Shown: in pieces, positions 60,293-64,000 of the stretch | Layout: every line of letters starts with the position of its first letter | Numbering within the stretch: position 1 is the stretch's first letter | Source of the DNA: Nitrospirota bacterium | Lineage (GTDB): Bacteria > Nitrospirota > Thermodesulfovibrionia > Thermodesulfovibrionales > JdFR-86 | Direction of reading: 5' to 3' | Assembly: GCA_963721805.1 (NCBI GenBank) | Contig: CAVRJY010000001.1 | Coordinates: 832,001 to 896,000 of the forward strand | DNA length: 64,000 bases | Position numbers and translations under genes: made by a program | Notes under the pieces: generated by a model | Seen by the model: only the letters and a program-made list of their open reading frames with translations | Told to the model about the DNA's origin: nothing | The model's database searches: none

Positions 60293-60808
60293 TTATTTGA
60301 TCTTTAGCGGGATTCCCGAGACCACGAGCCATGCCTCGTCCGAGGCGGCCGCGATCGCGCTGTTAAGCGCCCCGGCGTGGTCGCGGAACGAGCGTGCGAG
60401 CGCGTTTTCAGGCACTATGCCCAGCCCGACCTCGTTCGATACCACGATGATCGTGGTTTGGTGCGGGCAGCTCTTTATCGCGTTGACGAGCGAGCCTGAG
60501 CGGCTGGCGATGTCCGCCCGCGTGTGCATGAGGTTAGATAGCCATAGCGTGACGCAATCGAGCACGACCACCTCGTACTGAGGCGCGGTGCGCGCAATGG
60601 CGGATTCGATCTCCAGCGGTTCTTCATAGGAGTGCCAGTCTGGCCCGCGCTGGAGCTTGTGGAGGCGGATGCGCTCCGCGCATTCCTCGTCACGGGGCTC
60701 CATCGTGGCTATGAACGCGCGCGGGCCGGGGATCTGCGCTGCAAGCGACAGCGCGAAGGCGCTCTTGCCCGAGCGGGCGCCGCCGGTTATGAAGACAGCC
60801 CGGCCCAT
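60293..60808 (-). CDS. cobU: Adenosylcobinamide kinase/guanylyltransferase
   Basis: [26 protein letters not shown]; start MGRAV. Confidence 0.93.
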   Translation of the reverse strand: MGRAVFITGGARSGKSAFALSLAAQIPGPRAFIATMEPRDEECAERIRLHKLQRGPDWHSYEEPLEIESAIARTAPQYEVVVLDCVTLWLSNLMHTRADIASRSGSLVNAIKSCPHQTTIIVVSNEVGLGIVPENALARSFRDHAGALNSAIAAASDEAWLVVSGIPLKIK

Positions 60809-60882
60809 CACATGCCCCTGCGGTTGCGGAGAAATGAAAAGCCCCGGCAGGATGCCGGAGAGTGCGGCATGTAACGCTCCAT
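60808..60882 (-). CDS. Putative 24-aa leader peptide (uORF) coupled to cobU
   Basis: AAGGAG SD 9 nt before ATG; MERYMPHSPASCRGFSFLRNRRGM*; TGA overlaps the cobU ATG (TGATG). Confidence 0.4.
   Translation of the reverse strand: MERYMPHSPASCRGFSFLRNRRGM
60831..60860 (-). terminator. Terminator-like hairpin in the riboswitch expression platform
   Basis: CTCCGGCA-TCC-TGCCGGGG followed by CTTTTCATTTC. Confidence 0.65.
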
Positions 60883-60971
60883 CTTGATGATCTCCTTGTC
60901 TTCGCAAGGGGGGCCGCGGGCGGGTCATTGACCCCTTCCGCTTAAATCACTGGCCCCTCAAGGTTAATCTG

Positions 60972-61145
60972 CGCGGGCAGGTTTTCTGGCTCCCGGATCG
61001 TCCTACTCGCCCGGCCTTCCCATCCGCGTGAGCGGACAGTGGCATGGTGGGCTTTCGTCCCCGGCTACAGCGGCGGGACCGCTCCCGATTCAAACGGGAT
61101 TCCCTTTTGTCAGCGCCCCGCAATTGCCGGGGCACCCGCGTATAT
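60972..61145 (-). ncRNA. Cobalamin riboswitch
   Basis: Minus strand: AAAAGGGAA, CGGTCCCGCCGCTGTA, GCCACTG, GGGAAGG, GAGCCAGAAAACCTG; upstream of cobU; ends approximate. Confidence 0.93.
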
Positions 61146-61299
61146 ATTTAATCAGCGCGGGGGAGGGAATGTCAACGCCGTAAATAAGCCTCATCGCGGC
61201 GGCATTTCCGCCAGGTCCGGAGGGCGCTGAATGCGGCGTTTTTGGGGGCTAGTGCATGCGCGCATCTTCTGATATACTGAGCTCAGGAGGGTACTGATT

Positions 61300-62157
61300 A
61301 TGACCGATATTGCATGTAAGTCTACGAAGTTAGGGAAGATTTTGCTCGCCACGGACGGCTCTGAATTCAGCGCCGGAGCGGTACGCGAGGCCATTGCCCT
61401 GGCCAGGGGCGCAAAGGCTGCGCTGGTGGCGATGATGGTGGTCGAGTTCAACCCCGAGTACGATGTCATGGCCCCGGAAACGCAGGTGAAGCACGAGGCC
61501 CAGGCGGTCGCGGCGGTGGGCGCGATCTGCGCGGAGGCGGCCAAAGAAGGCATCCCCTGCGAGACGGTCGCGCTACGGCACTCAAGCCCGTGGCTGGCGG
61601 TAGTCGAGGAGGCCACGAGCAGGGGCTGTGACCTGATCGTCATGGGCCGCCACGGCCGGCGAGGGCTGGCGCGGCTGATGCTCGGCAGCGTCACCGCGCG
61701 CGTCATCGGGCATTCGCCCGTAAACGTGCTGGTCGCCCCAAAGGAAGGCCGGACGGGCAAGGCGGTCCTGATCGCCACGGACGGCTCGGCCTACAGCGAC
61801 AAGGCAGCCTGCGAGGGCATAGAGATAGCCAGGTCGCTCGGGGTGCCGGTCGTCGTCACCTCGGCCGCAGAGGGCGACGAGAAAAACGCCAAGACCCATA
61901 TCGAGAAGATCACTAACTCGGCAAAGAACCTCGGCGTGGCGGCCGAGGGCATCGTTGTGCACGGCCGGCCGTACGAGGCGATAGCCAAGGCGGCAAAGGA
62001 CAAAAACGCCGGGGTGATCGTCATCGGAAGCTACGGCAAGACCGGGCTCGAGCGTCTGCTTATGGGCAGCGTGACCGAGCGGGTAATAGGCCTTGCCGAC
62101 TGCCCGGTCTTCGTCGCGGCATCGGGGACGTACCACAGCAAGTACATAAAGAAATAG
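61300..62157 (+). CDS. Tandem-domain universal stress protein
   Basis: Two ATDGS...G..G.....LGSV/MGSV..RV USP domains. Confidence 0.92.
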   Translation: MTDIACKSTKLGKILLATDGSEFSAGAVREAIALARGAKAALVAMMVVEFNPEYDVMAPETQVKHEAQAVAAVGAICAEAAKEGIPCETVALRHSSPWLAVVEEATSRGCDLIVMGRHGRRGLARLMLGSVTARVIGHSPVNVLVAPKEGRTGKAVLIATDGSAYSDKAACEGIEIARSLGVPVVVTSAAEGDEKNAKTHIEKITNSAKNLGVAAEGIVVHGRPYEAIAKAAKDKNAGVIVIGSYGKTGLERLLMGSVTERVIGLADCPVFVAASGTYHSKYIKK

Positions 62158-62192
62158 CCCGGCCGCCGGGGCCGGGTATCTGGCTTCGTTTT

Positions 62193-62220
62193 AAGGGGCG
62201 CGGACGCGCCCCTTTTTGTT
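62193..62220 (+). terminator. Intrinsic terminator after usp
   Basis: AAGGGGCGCG-GA-CGCGCCCCTT followed by TTTGTT. Confidence 0.75.
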
Positions 62221-62264
62221 GCCCTGCGGACTGCCCCCCACGATACGATGAAATCAAAAAACTG

Positions 62265-62293
62265 TTGACAAACCATGCGGTAATACCTAGAAT
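62265..62293 (+). promoter_or_regulatory. Sigma70 promoter of the AbrB-PIN operon
   Basis: TTGACA-17 nt-TAGAAT with an A-rich upstream tract. Confidence 0.75.
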
Positions 62294-62383
62294 AAAACTG
62301 ACAATAAAAGAATAAGGAATAAAAAACGACATATCCAAAAGAAAGAGAACTACAATAAAGAACTACTTAATAAAAGTAATACC

Positions 62384-62578
62384 ATGCCGGTAATAACGAA
62401 AAAGGGGCAGGTGACGATTCCCAAGGAGATGCGCGAGGGCCTCCATATAAAGGAGGGCGACAGCGTGACGTTCGAGCTGCGCGAGGGCGAGATCGCTCTC
62501 AGGAAGCTCGAGCGCGTCTCGATACTCGGCCTCGGCGGTATGCTCAAGGGCTCATCCAGGAAGGGCAGGCCCTCATGA
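62384..62578 (+). CDS. AbrB/MazE/SpoVT antitoxin
   Basis: ITKKGQVTIPKEMRE.L.I..GD. Confidence 0.9.
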   Translation: MPVITKKGQVTIPKEMREGLHIKEGDSVTFELREGEIALRKLERVSILGLGGMLKGSSRKGRPS

Positions 62579-63009
62579 GCGCCGCCGCGGTGCGAAACGT
62601 CGCGAGGGCCGTGTTCGTCGATACCGACGTGTTCCTGCGCTTCCTGCTTAGAGACAGCGAGGCCCCGTACAAGCGCGCCCGCGAGCTTTTCGAGCTCGCC
62701 GAATCAGGCGCGGTCAAGCTCGACACGACCGTGACCGCCTTTGCCGCCCTTGCGGATGAGCTTGAGGCCTACGGCCTCGGGCGCGCCGAGATAAAGGACA
62801 TCCTCAGGGCGATCCTCGGCACCCGCAACCTGAGGGTCCAAAACCGCCTGCTGGTCGCGGGCGCGGTGGAGCTGCTAGGCCGCGGCATGAGCTTCAGGGA
62901 CGCATACGCTGTGGCCTACATGAAGGACAAGGGCATAACGAAGACCGCGACGTTTCGGCGCGGCGGGATCGGCACGGCGGGCGAGCCGATCTGGAAGGAT
63001 ACGGCATAG
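62575..63009 (+). CDS. PIN/VapC-family protein (possibly degenerate)
   Basis: VFVDTDVFLRFL, SFRDAY, TATF; ATGA overlap with the antitoxin. Confidence 0.8.
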   Translation: MSAAAVRNVARAVFVDTDVFLRFLLRDSEAPYKRARELFELAESGAVKLDTTVTAFAALADELEAYGLGRAEIKDILRAILGTRNLRVQNRLLVAGAVELLGRGMSFRDAYAVAYMKDKGITKTATFRRGGIGTAGEPIWKDTA

Positions 63010-63014
63010 CGGAC

Positions 63015-64000
63015 ATGGACAGGCTCTTTGCGTATAAGATGCTGATGACGCGCGGCACGCTCGAGGGCCTCTCGGACGAGGCCGCGCTCAGGCACATAGA
63101 CCGCCTTTCGGAGGCAGCGGTGGGCGTGGCTAAGGCCGACGGTCTGATGCGGGCCATCGGGCTTGCGGAGGAGCTTATCAGGCGCGGCACGCTGAAGCCC
63201 GCAGAGGAGTCCTCCGTGCACTTCGCGCTCGCCGAGGCGTGGGAGAAGCTGAGGGTCGTAAAGCGTACGCAGGTCGAGCTCTGGGAGCAGGACGAGATCG
63301 AGCACGAACTGCACCACCTGCGGCTCTCGGTGCCGCGCGATGGGGTCCGCGACGTACCGCGCGAGCGGCTCTGCCAGTCGCTATCGAACACGGCCGCGCT
63401 GCTTAACCACGTCGGACGGTTCTCCGAGGCGATAGAGCTTTGGGACCGCGCGCTCTCGCTGATGCCCTCTTTCGCGATGGCGCGGGGCAAGCGGGGCTAT
63501 GCGCTTACGCACTACGCCCAGACGCTGTATGACCGCGCTCAGGCCGCCGCGTTCCTTAAATGCGCGCACGCGGAACTCGGCACCTCGCTTCGCCTCGGGC
63601 TCTATGACAAGGCGCGCGGGTATTTCGAGTCGCGGCTGCGCTGGATCGAGGCGCGCATCTCGCCCGAGGAACTGGCCTCCGGGCTCGCGCTCGACGACTA
63701 CTCTGAGGGCTGCACGGAGGATGAGTCGCTATACAGGCGCTGGTGCCTCGATGCGCGGCTGTTTCTAAACCCTCTAAACGACCTCGGCCCGTTTCCGGTC
63801 GCGGCGCGCGACACCCTGCACCTTGACGGCCCCGCCCGTGACCCGTATTTTCAGGCCTTCTTCAGCCAGGCGAAGCGGGCCTACGTGTCGGCCCGCGCCC
63901 TATATTACGAGGGGCTCAACGCGGAGGGTCCGCAATTTACCGAGCGGGGCATCAACGGGACCCGCTCCCTCTCGGTCGACAAGATCAATGCAGCGTACCG
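63015..64000 (+). CDS. TPR plus LA2681-like HEPN family protein (runs off the window)
   Basis: Open frame MDRLFAY... with TPR (VGRFSEAIELWDRAL) and YRRWCL..RLFLNPLNDLG...AARD..L motif; absent from the ORF track because it has no stop in the window. Confidence 0.75.
   Translation, partial: MDRLFAYKMLMTRGTLEGLSDEAALRHIDRLSEAAVGVAKADGLMRAIGLAEELIRRGTLKPAEESSVHFALAEAWEKLRVVKRTQVELWEQDEIEHELHHLRLSVPRDGVRDVPRERLCQSLSNTAALLNHVGRFSEAIELWDRALSLMPSFAMARGKRGYALTHYAQTLYDRAQAAAFLKCAHAELGTSLRLGLYDKARGYFESRLRWIEARISPEELASGLALDDYSEGCTEDESLYRRWCLDARLFLNPLNDLGPFPVAARDTLHLDGPARDPYFQAFFSQAKRAYVSARALYYEGLNAEGPQFTERGINGTRSLSVDKINAAY

Noticed and set aside
60809..60928. Extended N-termini in the ORF track for cobU (also dapA, cbiXC, cbiB, cbiP, cobC, cbiQ, CBS and archease)
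   Set aside because: Extensions overlap upstream genes or leaders and lack homology-like sequence; downstream starts fit SD sites or stop/start overlaps

Overview
GC-rich bacterial chromosome segment; gene content and protein style suggest Nitrospirota or a related anaerobe (inference only). Housekeeping content: tRNA-Ser(GCT), tRNA-Arg(ACG), secD-secF-recJ-lysA-dapF-dapA, hemW, ftsEX-envC-ctpA, nnr-pgeF-CBS-tsaE, archease-rtcB-macrodomain and mnmA-MOSC-mog-ccdA. There is also a c-di-GMP/cysM cluster with a sigma54 promoter and a ~21 kb anaerobic cobalamin operon under two B12 riboswitches. The window ends in an AbrB-PIN pair and a truncated TPR/LA2681-like HEPN gene. The most unusual signal is non-coding: three dispersed 123-bp imperfect hairpins (14338-14460, 22811-22933, and inverted at 25038-25160) with compensatory base changes and invariant bulged motifs. 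They sit at the edges of the two AT-rich accessory islands. The second island is bracketed by an inverted pair and carries a DUF5677-like gene, an MNT-HEPN toxin-antitoxin pair and an iteron-like repeat cluster. No transposase or integrase is present in the window. All family assignments come from motif recognition by eye; no searches were run.
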